This document shows positions 35,005 through 50,000 of a DNA stretch of 64,000 nt, piece by piece; position 1 is the stretch's first letter; every line of letters begins with the position of its first letter. The position numbers and the translations under genes were made by a program. The notes beneath the pieces were generated by a model. That model worked only from the letters and a program-made list of their open reading frames with translations, ran no database searches and was not told the DNA's origin. The DNA is from Balanoglossus misakiensis. Lineage: Eukaryota; Animalia; Hemichordata. The stretch covers positions 2,510,902 through 2,574,901 of the forward strand of contig CM082585.2 of NCBI GenBank assembly GCA_040954595.2. The letters run 5' to 3'.

Positions 35005-38000
35005 TATTAACCCAGGGATTTACAGTCAACTTTAAATACTCATGCATATGCATTGAAAACCTATGTCAAAGTGCAGAGCTTGCATCACCATCTACTCTGA
35101 TGCATCATAAAGCTTGCTTCGCCATTTGCCCTAATGCAAAGAATCACATTCAATGGCATCATTGCATTAGCAATGTCAAAGTACAGTGCTTTTGGACACG
35201 TATTAACCTACGGAATTTTCAACAACTTGAAATCCCCATATGCATTTAATACCCATGTCAAAGTGAAGTGTTTGCATCACCATCTACTCTGATGCATCAT
35301 TGAGCTTGCTTCGCCATTTGCCCTAATGCAAAGAATCACATTCAATGTCACCATTGCATTAGCAATGTCAAAGTACAGTGCTTTCCGCCACGTATTAAAC
35401 TGGGGATTTACAGACAACTTTAAATCCCCCTGTAGGCATTTTATACCCAAGTTCAAGTGCAGAGCTTGCATCACTATCTACCCTGATGCATCATCAACCT
35501 TGCTTCGCCATTTACCCTGATGCAAAGAATCAGATTCAATGTCATCGTTGCATTAGCAATGTCAAAGTACAGTGCTTTTGGACACGTATTAACCCAGGGA
35601 TTTATCATCAACTTGAAATCCCCATATGCATTTAATACCCATGTCAAAGTGAAGTGTTTGCATCACTATCTACCCTGATGCATCATAAAGCTTGCTACGC
35701 CATTTACCCTGATGCAAAGAATCAGATTCAATATCATCGTTACATTAGCAATGTCAATGTACAGTGCTTTTGGACACGTATTAACCCAGGGATTTATCAT
35801 CAACTTGAAATCCCCATATGCATTTAATACCCATGTCAAAGTGAAGTGATTGCATCACTATCTACCCTGATGCATCATCAACCTTGCTTCGCCATTTGCC
35901 CTGATGCAAAGAATCAGATTCAATGTGATCGTTGCATTAGCAATGTCAAATTAGAGTGCTTTTGGCCACGTATTAACCTATGGATTTACATTTAACATTA
36001 AATACCCATGTGAAAGTGCAGAGTTTGCATCACCATCTACTCTGATGCATCATTGAGCTTGCTTCGCCATTTGCCCTAATGCAAAGAATCCCATTCAATG
36101 TCACCATTGCATATGCAATGTCAAAGTACAGTGCTTTTGGACACGTATTAACCCAGGGATTTACAGACAACTTTAAATCCCCCTGTAGGCATTTTATACC
36201 CATGTCAAAGTGAAGTGTTTGCATTACTATCTACCCTGATGCATCATAAAGCTTGCTACGCCATTTACCCTGATGCAAAGAAACAGATTCAATGTCATCA
36301 TTGCATTAGCAATGTCAAAGTACAGTGCTTTTGGACACGTATTAACCCACTGATTTTTCAACAACCTGAAATCCCCATATGCATTTAATACCCATGTCAA
36401 AGTGAAGTGTTTGCATCACTATCTACCCTGATGCATCATAAAGCTTGCTACGCCATTTACCCTGATGCAAAGAATCAGATTCAATGTCATCGTTACATTA
36501 GCAATGTCAAAGTACAGTGCTTTTGGACACGTATTAACCCAGGGATTTATCATCAACTTGAAATCCCCATATGCATTTAATACCCATGTCAAAGTGAAGT
36601 GATTGCATCACTATCTACCCTGATGCATCATCAACCTTGCTTCGCCATTTGCCCTGATGCAAAGAATCAGATTCAATGTCATCGTTGCATTAACAATGTC
36701 AAATTAGAGTGCTTTTGGCCACGTATTAACCTATGGATTTACATTTAACATTAAATACCCATGTGAAAGTGCAGAGTTTGCATCACCATCTACTCTGATG
36801 CATCATTGAGCTTGCTTCGCCATTTGCCCTAATGCAAACAATCCCATCCAATGTCACCATTGCATTAGCCATGTCAAAGTACAGTGCTTTTGGACACGTA
36901 TTAACCCAGGGATTTACAGACAACTTTAAATCCCCCTGTAGGCATTTTATACCCATGTCAAAGTGAAGTGTTTGCATCACTATTTACCCTGATGCATCAT
37001 AAAGCTTGCTACGCCATTTACCCTGATGCAAAGAATCAGATTCAATGTCATCATTGCATTAGCAATGTCAAAGTACAGTGCTTTTCGACACGTATTAACC
37101 CACAGATTTTTTAACAACCTGAAATCCCCATATGCATTTAATACCCATGTCAAAGTGAAGTGATTGCATCACTATCTACCCTGATGCATCATCAACCTTG
37201 CTTCGCCATTTGCCCTGATGCAAAGAATCATATTCAATGTCATCGTTACATTAGCAATGTCAAAGTACAGTGCTTTTGGACACGTATTAACCCAGGGATT
37301 TATCATCAACTTGAAATCCCCATATGCATTTAATACCCATGTCAAAGTGAAGTGATTGCATCACTATCTACCCTGATGCATCATCAACCTTGCTTCGCCA
37401 TTTGCCCTGATGCAAAGAATCAGATTCAATGTCATCGTTGCATTAGCAATGTCAAATTAGAGTGCTTTTGGCCACGTATTAACCTATGGATTTACATTTA
37501 ACATTAAATACCCATGTGAAAGTGCAGAGTTTGCATCACCATCTACTTTGATGCATCATTGAGCTTGCTTCGCCATTTGCCCTAATGCAAAGAATCCCAT
37601 TCAATGTCACCATTGCATATGCAATGTCAAAGTACAGTGCTTTCCGCCACGTATTAACCCAGGGATTTACAGACAACTTTAAATCCCCCTGTAGGCATTT
37701 TATACCCATGTCAAAGTGCAGAGCTTGCATCACTATCTACCCTGATGCATAATCAACCTTGCTTCGCCATTTACCCTGATGCAAAGAATCAGATTAAATG
37801 TCATCGTTGCATTAGCAATGTCAAAGTACAGTGCTTTTGGACACGTATTAACCCAGGGATTTACAGACAACTTTAAATCCCCCTGTAGGCATTTTATACC
37901 CATGTCAAAGTGAAGTGTTTGCATCACTATCTACCCTGATGCATCATAAAGCTTGCTACGCCATTTACCCTGATGCAAAGAATCAGATTCAATGTCATCA

Positions 38001-41000
38001 TTGCATTAGCCATGTCAAAGTACAGTGCTTTTCGACACGTATTAACCCACAGATTTTTCAACAACCTGAAATCCCCATATGCATTTAATACCCATGTCAA
38101 AGTGAAGTGTTTGCATCACTATCTACCCTGATGCATCATAAAGCTTGCTACGCCATTTACCCTGATGCAAAGAATCAGATTCAATGTCATCGTTACATTA
38201 GCAATGTCAAAGTACAGTGCTTTTGGACACGTATTAAGCCAGGGATTTATCATCAACTTGAAATCCCCATATGCATTTAATACCCATGTCAAAGTGAAGT
38301 GATTGCATCACTATCTACCCTGATGCATCATCAACCTTGCTTCGCCATTTGCCCAGATGCAAAGAATCAGATTCAATGTCATCGTTGCATTAGCAATGTC
38401 AAATTAGAGTGCTTTTGGCCACGTATTAACCTATGGATTTACATTTAACATTAAATACCCATGTGAAAGTGCAGAGTTTGCATCACCATCTACTCTGATG
38501 CATCATTGAGCTTGCTTCGCCATTTGCCCTAATGCAAAGAATCCCATTCAATGTCACCATTGCATATGCAATGTCAAAGTACAGTGCTTTCCGCCACGTA
38601 TTAACCCAGGGATTTACAGACAACTTTAAATCCCCCTGTAGGCATTTTATACCCATGTCTAAGTGCAGAGCTTGCATCACTATCTACCCTGATGCATAAT
38701 CAACCTTGCTTCGCCATTTACCCTGATGCAAAGAATCAGATTCAATGTCATCGTTGCATTAGCAATGTCAAAGTACAGTGCTTTTGGACACGTATTAACC
38801 CAGGGATTTACAGACAACTTTAAATCCCCCTGTAGGCATTTTATACCCATGTCAAAGTGAAGTGTTTGCATCACTATCTACCCTGATGCATCATAAAGCT
38901 TGCTACGCCATTTACCCTGATGCAAAGAATCAGATTCAATGTCATCATTGCATTAGCAATGTCAAAGTACAGTGCTTTTCGACACGTATTAACCCACAGA
39001 TTTTTCAACAACCTGAAATCCCCATATGCATTTAATACCCATGTCAAAGTGAAGTGTTTGCATCACTATCTACCCTGATGCATCATAAAGCTTGCTACGC
39101 CATTTACCCTGATGCAAAGAATCAGATTCAATGTCATCGTTACATTAGCAATGTCAAAGTACAGTGCTTTTGGACACGTATTAACCCACAGATTTTTCAA
39201 CAACCTGAAATCCCCATATGCATTTAATACCCATGTCAAAGTGAAGTGTTTGCATCACTATCTACCCTGATGCATCATAAAGCTTGCTACGCCATTTACC
39301 CTGATGCAAAGAATCAGATTCAATGTCATCGTTACATTAGCAATGTCAAAGTACAGTGCTTTTGGACACGTATTAACCCAGGGATTTATCATCAACTTGA
39401 AATCCCCATATGCATTTAATACCCATGTCAAAGTGAAGTGATTGCATCACTATCTACCCTGATGCATCATCAACCTTGCTTCGCCATTTGCCCAGATGCA
39501 AAGAATCAGATTCAATGTCATCGTTGCATTAGCAATGTCAAATTAGAGTGCTTTTGGCCACGTATTAACCTATGGATTTACATTTAACATTAAATACCCA
39601 TGTGAAAGTGCAGAGTTTGCATCACCATCTACTCTGATGCATCATTGAGCTTGCTTCGCCATTTGCCCTAATGCAAAGAATCCCATTCAATGTCACCATT
39701 GCATATGCAATGTCAAAGTACAGTGCTTTCCGCCACGTATTAACCCAGGGATTTACAGACAACTTTAAATCCCCCTGTAGGCATTTTATACCCATGTCTA
39801 AGTGCAGAGCTTGCATCACTATCTACCCTGATGCATAATCAACCTTGCTTCGCCATTTACCCTGATGCAAAGAATCAGATTCAATGTCATCGTTGCATTA
39901 GCAATGTCAAAGTACAGTGCTTTTGGACACGTATTAACCCAGGGATTTACAGACAACTTTAAATCCTCCTGTAGGCATTTTATACCCATGTCAAAGTGAA
40001 GTGTTTGCATCACTATCTACCCTGATGCATCATAAAGCTTGCTACGCCATTTACCCTGATGCAAAGAATCAGATTCAATGTCATCATTGCATTAGCAATG
40101 TCAAAGTACAGTGCTTTTCGACACGTATTAACCCACAGATTTTTCAACAACCTGAAATCCCCATATGCATTTAATACCCATGTCAAAGTGAAGTGTTTGC
40201 ATCACTATCTACCCTGATGCGTCATAAAGCTTGCTACGCCATTTACCCTGATGCAAAGAATCAGATTCAATGTCATCGTTGCATTAGCAATGTCAAAGTA
40301 CAGTGCTTTTGGACACGTATTAACCCACAGATTTTTCAACAACCTGAAATCCCCATATGCATTTAATACCCATGTCAAAGTGAAGTGTTTGCATCACTAT
40401 TTACCCTGATGCATCATAAAGCTTGCTACGCCATTTACCCTGATGCAAAGAATCATATTCAATGTCATCGTTGCATTAGCAATGTCAAAGTACAGTGCTT
40501 TTGGACACGTATTAACCCAGGGATATATCATCAATTTGAAATCCCCATATGCATTTAATACCAATGTCAAAGTGAAGTGATTGCATCACTATCTACCCTG
40601 ATGCATCATCAACCTTGATTCGCCATTTGCCCTGATGCAAAGAATCATATTCAATGTCATCGTTGCATTAGCAATGTCAAAGTACAGTGCTTTTGGACAC
40701 GTATTAACCCAGGGATATATCATCAATTTGAAATCCCCATATGCATTTAATACCAATGTCAAAGTGAAGTGATTGCATCACTATCTACCCTGATGCATCA
40801 TCAACCTTGATTCGCCATTTGCCCTGATGCAAAGAATCAGATTCAATGTCATCATTGCATTAGCAATGTCAAAGTACAGTGCTTTTCGACACGTATTAAC
40901 CCACAGATTTTTCAACAACCTGAAATCCCCATATGCATTTAATACCCATGTCAAAGTGAAGTGTTTGCATCACTATCTACCCTGATGCATCATAAAGCTT

Positions 41001-44000
41001 GCTACGCCATTTACCCTGATGCAAAGAATCAGATTCAATGTCATCATTGCATTAGCAATGTCAAAGTACAGTGCTTTTCGACACATATTAACCCACAGAT
41101 TTTTCAACAACCTGAAATCCCCATATGCATTTAATACCCATGTCAAAGTGAAGTGTTTGCATCACTATCTACCCTGATGCATCATAAAGCTTGCTACGCC
41201 ATTTACCCTGATGCAAAGAATCAGATTCAATGTCATCGTTACATTAGCAATGTCAAAGTACAGTGCTTTTGGACACGTATTAACCAAGGGATTTATCATC
41301 AACTTGAAATCCCCATATGCATTTAATACCCATGTCAAAGTGAAGTGATTGCATCACTATCTACCCTGATGCATCATCAACCTTGCTTCGCCATTTGCCC
41401 AGATGCAAAGAATCAGATTCAATGTCATCGTTGCATTAGCAATGTCAAATTAGAGTGCTTTTGGCCACGTATTAACCTATGGATTTACATTTAACATTAA
41501 ATACCCATGTGAAAGTGCAGAGTTTGCATCACCATCTACTCTGATGCATCATTGAGCTTGCTTCGCCATTTGCCCTAATGCAAAGAATCCCATTCAATGT
41601 CACCATTGCATATGCAATGTCAAAGTACAGTGCTTTCAGCCACGTATTAACCCAGGGATTTACAGACAACTTTAAATCCCCCTGTAGGCATTTTATACCC
41701 ATGTCAAAGTGCAGAGCTTGCATCACTATCTACCCTGATGCATCATCAACCTTGCTTCGCCATTTACCCTGATGCAAAGAATCAGATTCAATGTCATCGC
41801 TGCATTAGCAATGTCAAAGTACAGTGTTTTTGGACACGTATTAACCCAGGGATTTACAGACATCTTTAAATCCCCCTGTAGGCATTTTATACCCATGTCA
41901 AAGTGAAGTGTTTGCATCACTATCTACCCTGATGCGTCATAAAGCTTGCTACGCCATTTACCCTGATGCAAAGAATCAGATTCAATGTCATCATTGCATT
42001 AGCAATGTCAAAGTACAGTGCTTTTCGACACGTATTAACCCACAGATTTTTCAACAACCTGAAATCCCCATATGCATTTAATACCCATGTCAAAGTGAAG
42101 TGTTTGCATCACTATCTACCCTGATGCGTCATAAAGCTTGCTACGCCATTTACCCTGATGCAAAGAATCCGATTCAATGTCATCGTTGCATTAGCAATGT
42201 CAAAGTACAGTGCTTTTGGACACGTATTAACCCACAGATTTTTCAACAACCTGAAATCCCCATATGCATTTAATACCCATGTCAAAGTGAAGTGTTTGCA
42301 TCACTATCTACCCTGATGCATCATAAAGCTTGCTACGCCATTTACCCTGATGCAAAGAATCATATTCAATGTCATCGTTGCATTAGCAATGTCAAAGTAC
42401 AGTGCTTTTGGACACGTATTAACCCAGGGATATATCATCAATTTGAAATCCCCATATGCATTTAATACCAATGTCAAAGTGAAGTGATTGCATCACTATC
42501 TACCCTGATGCATCATCAACCTTGATTCGCCATTTGCCCTGATGCAAAGAATCAGATTCAATGTCATCGTTCCATTAGCAATGTCAAATTAGAGTGCTTT
42601 TGGCCACGTATTAACCTATGGATTTACATTTAACATTAAATACCCATGTGAAAGTGCAGAATTTGCATCAACATCTACTCTGATGCATCATTGAGCTTGC
42701 TTCGCCATTTGCCCTAATGCAAAGAATCCCATTCAATGTCGCCATTGCATATGCAATGTCAAAGTACAGTGCTTTCCGCCACGTATTAACCCAGGGATTT
42801 ACAGACAACTTTAAATCCCCCTGTAGGCATTTTATACCCATGTCAAAGTGCAGAGCTTGCATCACTATCTACCCTGATGCATCATCAACCTTGCTTCGCC
42901 ATTTACCCTGATGCAAAGAATCAGATTCAATGTCATCGCTGCATTAGCAATGTCAAAGTACAGTGTTTTTGGACACGTATTAACCCAGGGATTTACAGAC
43001 AACTTTAAATCCCCCTGTAGGCATTTTATACCCATGTCAAAGTGAAGTGTTTGCATCACTATCTACCCTGATGCGTCATAAAGCTTGCTACGCCATTTAC
43101 CCTGATGCAAAGAATCAGATTCAATGTCATCATTGCATTAGCAATGTCAAAGTACAGTGCTTTTCGACACGTATTAACCCACAGATTTTTCAACAACCTG
43201 AAATCCCCATATGCATTTAATACCCATGTCAAAGTGAAGTGTTTGCATCACTATCTACCCTGATGCGTCATAAAGCTTGCTACGCCATTTACCCTGATGC
43301 AAAGAATCCGATTCAATGTCATCGTTGCATTAGCAATGTCAAAGTACAGTGCTTTTCGACACGTATTAACCCACAGATTTTTCAACAACCTGAAATCCCC
43401 ATATGCATTTAATACCCATGTCAAAGTGAAGTGTTTGCATCACTATCTACCCTGATGCATCATAAAGCTTGCTACGCCATTTACCCTGATGCAAAGAATC
43501 AGATTCAATGTCATCGTTACATTAGCAATGTCAAAGTACAGTGCTTTTGGACACGTATTAACCCAGGGATTTATCATCAACTTGAAATCCCCATATGCAT
43601 TTACTACCCATGTCAAAGTGAAGTGATTGCATCACTATCTACCCTGATGCATCATCAACCTTGCTTCGCCATTTGCCCTGATGCAAAGAATCAGATTCAA
43701 TGTCATCGTTGCATTAGCAATGTCAAATTAGAGTGCTTTTGGCCACGTATTAACCTATGGATTTACAGTTAACATTAAATACCCATGTGAAAGTGCAGAG
43801 TTTGCATCACCATCTACTCTGATGCATCATTGAGTTTGCTTCGCCATTTGCCCTAATGCAAAGAATCCCATTCAATGTCACCATTGCATATGCAATGTCA
43901 AAGTACAGTGCTTTCCGCCACGTATTAACCCAGGGATTTACAGACAACTTTAAATCCCCCTGTAGGCATTTTATACCCATGTCAAAGTGAAGTTTTTGCA

Positions 44001-47000
44001 TCACTATCTACCCTGATGCGTCATAAAGCTTGCTACGCCATTTACCCTGATGCAAAGAATCAGATTCAATGTCATCGTTGCATTAGCAATGTCAAAGTAC
44101 AGTGCTTTTGGACACGTATTAACCCAGGGATTTATCATCAACTTGAAATCCCCATATGCATTTAATACCAATGTCAAAGTGAAGTGATTGCATCACTATC
44201 TACCCTGATGCATCATAAACCTTGCTTCGCCATTTGCCCTGATGCAAAGAATCAGATTCAATGTCATCGTTCCATTAGCAATGTCAAATTAGAGTGCTTT
44301 TGGCCACGTATTAACCTATGGATTTACATTTAACATTAAATACCCATGTGAAAGTGCAGAGTTTGCATCACCATCTACTCTGATGCATCATTGAGCTTGC
44401 TTCGCCATTTGCCCTAATTCAAAGAATCCCATTCAATGTCACCATTGCATATGCAATGTCAAAGTACAGTGCTTTTGGACACGTATTAACCCAGGGATTT
44501 ATCATCAACTTGAAATCCCCATATGCATTTAATACCCATGTCAAAGTGAAGTGTTTGCATCACTATCTACCCTGATGCAATATAAAGCTTGCTACGCCAT
44601 TTACCCTGATGCAAAGAAACAGATTCAATGTCATCGTTACATTAGCAATGTCAAAGTACAGTGCTTTCCGCCACGTATTAACCCAGGGATTTACAGACAA
44701 CTTTAAATCCCCCTGTAGGCATTTTATACCCATGTCAAAGTGAAGTGTTTGCATCACTATCTACCCTGATGCATCATAAAGCTTGCTACGCCATTTACCC
44801 TGATGCAAAGAATCAGATTCAATGTTATCGTTGCATTAGCAATGTCAAAGTACAGTGCTTTTGGACACGTATTAACCCAGGGATTTATCATCAACTTGAA
44901 ATCCCCATATGCATTTAATACCCATGTCAAAGTGAAGTGTTTGCATCACTATCTACCCTGATGCAATATAAAGCTTGCTACGCCATTTACCCTGATGCAA
45001 AGAAACAGATTCAATGTCATCGTTACATTAGCAATGTCAAAGTACAGTGCTTTTGGACACGTATTAACCCAGGGATTTATCATCAACTTGAAATCCCCAT
45101 ATGCATTCAATACCCATGTCAAAGTTAAGTGATTGCATCACTATCTACCCTGATGCATCATCAACCTTGCTTCGCCATTTGCCCTGATGCAAAGAATCAG
45201 ATTCAATGTCATCGTTCCATTAGCAATGTCAAATTAGAGTGTTTTTGGCCACGTATTAACCTATGGATTTACATTTAACATTAAATACCCATGTGAAAGT
45301 GCAGAGTTTGCATCACCATCTACTCTGATGTATCATTGAGCTTGCTTCGCCATTTGCCCTAATGCAAAGAATCCCATTCAATGTCACCATTGCATATGCA
45401 ATGTCAAAGTACAGTGCTTTCCGCCACGTATTAACCCAGGGATTTACAGACAACTTTAAATCCCCCTGTAGACATTTTATGCCCATGTCAAAGTGCAGAG
45501 CATGCATCACTATCTACCCTGATGCTTCATCAACCTTGCTTCGCCATTTACCCTGATGCAAAGAATCAGATTCAATGTCATCGCTGCATTAGCAATGTCA
45601 AAGTACAGTGTTTTTGGACACATAATAACCCAGGGATTTACAGACAACATTAAATCCCCCTGTAGGCATTTTATACCCATGTCAAAGTGAAGTGTTTGCA
45701 TCACTATCTACCCTGATGCATCATAAAGCTTGCTACGCCATTTACCCTGATGCAAAGAATCAGAGTCAATGTTATCGTTGCATTAGCAATGTCAAAGTAC
45801 AGTGCTTTTGGACACGTATTAACCCACAGATTTTTCAACAACCTGAAATCCCCATATGCATTTAATACCCATGTCAAAGTTAACTGTTTGCATCACTATC
45901 TACCCCGATGCATCATAAAGCTTGCTACGCCATTTACCCTGATGCAAAGAATCAGATTCAATGTCATCGTTGCATTAGCAATGTCAAAGTACAGTGATTT
46001 TGGACACGTATTAACCCAGGGATTTATCATCAACTTGAAATCCCCATATGCATTTTATACCCATGTCAAAGTGAAGTGATTGCATCACTATCTACCCTGA
46101 TACATCATCAACCTTGCTTCGCCATTTACCCTGATGCAAAGAATCAGACTCAATGTCATCGTTGCATTAGCAATGTCAAAGTACAGTGCTTTTGAACATG
46201 TATTAACCCAGGGATTTATCATCAACTTGAAATCCCCATATGCATTTAATACCCATGTCAAAGTGAAGTGTTTGCATCACTATCTACCCTGATGCAATAT
46301 AAAGCTTGCTACGCCATTTACCCTGATGCAAAGAAACAGATTCAATGTCATCGTTACATTAGCAATGTCAAAGTACAGTGCTTTTGGACACGTATTAACC
46401 CAGGGATTTATCATCAACTTGAAATCCCCATATGCATTCAATACCTATGTCAAAGTTAAGTGATTGCATCACTATCTACCCTGATGCATCATCAACCTTG
46501 CTTCATAATTTGCCCTGATGCAAAGAATCAGATTCAATGTCATCGTTGCATTAGCAATGTCAAATTAGAGTGCTTTTGGCCACGTATTAACCTATGGATT
46601 TACAGTTAACATTAAATACCCATGTGAAAGTGCAGAGTTTGCATCACCATCTACTCTGATGTATCATTGAGCTTGCTTCGCCATTTGCCCTAATGCAAAG
46701 AATCCCATTCAATGTCACCATTGCATATGCAATGTCAAAGTACAGTGCTTTCCGCCACGTATTAACCCAGGGATTTACAGACAACTTTAAATCCCCCTGT
46801 AGACATTTTATGCCCATGTCAAAGTGCAGAGCTTGCATCACTATCTACCCTGATGCTTCATCAACCTTGCTTCGCCATTTACCCTGATGCAAAGAATCAG
46901 ATTCAATGTCATCGCTGCATTAGCAATGTCAAAGTACAGTGTTTTTGGACACGTAATAACCCAGGGATTTACAGACAACATTAAATCCCCCTGTAGGCAT

Positions 47001-50000
47001 TTTATACCCATGTCAAAGTGAAGTGTTTGCATCACTATCTACCCTGATGCATCATAAAGCTTGCTACGCCATTTACCCTGATGCAAAGAATCAGATTCAA
47101 TGTTATCGTTGCATTAGCAATGTCAAAGTACAGTGCTTTTGGACACGTATTAACCCACAGATTTTTCAACAACCTGAAATCCCCATATGCATTTAATACC
47201 CATGTCAAAGTTAAGTGTTTGCATCACTATCTACCCTGATGCATCATAAAGCTTGCTACGCCATTTACCCTGATGCAAAGAATCAGATTCAATGTCATCG
47301 TTGCATTAGCAATGTCAAAGTACAGTGATTTTGGACACGTATTAACCCAGGGATTTATCATCAACTTGAAATCCCCATATGCATTTAATACCCATGTCAA
47401 AGTGAAGTGATTGCATCACTATCTACCCTGATGCATCATCAACCTTGCTTCGCCATTTACCCTGATGCAAAGAATCAGACTCAATGTCATCGTTGCATTA
47501 GCAATGTCAAAGTACAGTGCTTTTGGACATGTATTAACCCAGGGATTTATCATCAACTTGAAATCCCCATATGCATTTAATACCCATGTCAAAGTGAAGT
47601 GTTTGCATCACTATCTACCCTGATGCAATATAAAGCTTGCTACGCCATTTACCCTGATGCAAAGAATCTGATTCAATGTCATCGTTACATTAGCAATGTC
47701 AAAGTACAGTGCTTTTGGACACGTATTAACCCAGGGATTTACAGACAACATTAAATCCCCCTGTAGGCATTTTATACCCATGTCAAAGTGAAGTGTTTGC
47801 ATCACTATCTACCCTGATGCATCATAAAGCTTGCTACGCCATTTACTCTGATGGAAAGAATCAGATTCAATGTCATCATTGCATTAGCAATGTCAAAGTA
47901 CAGTGCTTTTGGACACGTATTAACCAACAGATTTTTCAACAACCTGAAATCCCCATATGCATTTAATACCCATGTCAAAGTGAAGTGTTTGCATCACTAT
48001 CTACCCTGATGCATCATAAAGCTTGCTACGCCATTTACCCTGATGCAAAGAATCAGATTCAATGTCATCGTTACATTAGCAATGTCAAAGTACAGTGCTT
48101 TTGGACACGTATTAACCCAGGGATTTATCATCAACTTGAAATCCCCATATGCATTTAATACCCATGTCAAAGTGAAGTGATTGCATCACTATCTACCCTG
48201 ATGCATCATCAACCTTGCTTCGCCATTTGCCCAGATGCAAAGAATCAGATTCAATGTCATCGTTGCATTAGCAATGTCAAATTAGGGTGCTTTTGGCCAC
48301 GTATTAACCTATGGATTTACATTTAACATTAAATACCCATGTGAAAGTGCAGAGTTTGCATCACCATCTACTCTGATGCATCATTGAGCTTGCTTCGCCA
48401 TTTGCCCTAATGCAAAGAATCCCATTCAATGTCACCATTGCATATGCAATGTCAAAGTACAGTGCTTTCCGCCACGTATTAACCCAGGGATTTACAGACA
48501 ACTTTAAATCCCCCTGTAGGCATTTTATACCCATGTCTAAGTGCAGAGCTTGCATCACTATCTACCCTGATGCATAATCAATCTTGCTTCGCCATTTACC
48601 CTGATGCAAAGAATCAGATTCAATGTCATCGTTGCATTAGCAATGTCAAAGTACAGTGCTTTTGGACACGTATTAACCCAGGGATTTACAGACAACTTTA
48701 AATCCCCCTGTAGGCATTTTATACACATGTCAAAGTGAAGTGTTTGCATCACTATCTACCCTGATGCATCATAAAGCTTGCTACGCCATTTACCCTGATG
48801 CAAAGATTCAGATTCAATGTCATCATTGCATTAGCAATGTCAAAGTACAGTGCTTTTCGACACGTATTAACCCACAGATTTTTCAACAACCTGAAATCCC
48901 CATATGCATTTAATACCCATGTCAAAGTGAAGTGTTTGCATCACTATCTACCCTGATGCATCATAAAGCTTGCTACGCCATTTACCCTGATGCAAAGAAT
49001 CAGATTCAATGTCATCGTTACATTAGCAATGTCAAAGTACAGTGCTTTAGGACACGTATTAACCCAGGGATTTATCATCAACTTGAAATCCCCATATGCA
49101 TTTACTACCCATGTCAAAGTGAAGTGATTGCATCACTATCTACCCTGATGCATCATCAACCTTGCTTCGCCATTTGCCCTGATGCAAAGAATCAGATTCA
49201 ATGTCATCGTTGCATTAGCAATGTCAAATTAGAGTGCTTTTGGCCACGTATTAACCTATGGATTTACAGTTAACATTAAATACCCATGTGAAAGTGCAGA
49301 GTTTGCATCACCATCTACTCTGATGCATCATTGAGTTTGCTTCGCCATTTGCCCTAATGCAAAGAATCCCATTCAATGTCACCATTGCATATGCAATGTC
49401 AAAGTACAGTGCTTTCCGCCACGTATTAACCCAGGGATTTACAGACAACTTTAAATCCCCCTGTAGGCATTTTATACCCATGTCAAAGTGAAGTGTTTGC
49501 ATCACTATCTACCCTGATGCGTCATAAAGCTTGCTACGCCATTTACCCTGATGCAAAGAATCAGATTCAATGTCATCGTTGCATTAGCAATGTCAAAGTA
49601 CAGTGCTTTTTGACACGTATTAACCCACAGATTTTTCAACAACCTGAAATCCCCATATGCATTTAATACCCATGTCAAAGTGAAGTGTTTGCATCACTAT
49701 CTACCCTGATGCATCATAAAGCTTGCTACGCCATATACCCTGATGCAAAGAATCAGATTCAATGTCATCGTTGCATTAGCAATGTCAAATTACAGTGCTT
49801 TTGGACACGTATTAACCCAGGGATTTATCATCAACTTGAAATCCCCATATGCATTTGATACCAATGTCAAAGTGAAGTGATTGCATCACTATCTACCCTG
49901 ATGCATCATAAACCTTGCTTCGCCATTTGCCCTGATGCAAAGAATCAGATTCAATGTCATCGTTCCATTAGCAATGTCAAATTAGAGTGCTTTTGGCCAC

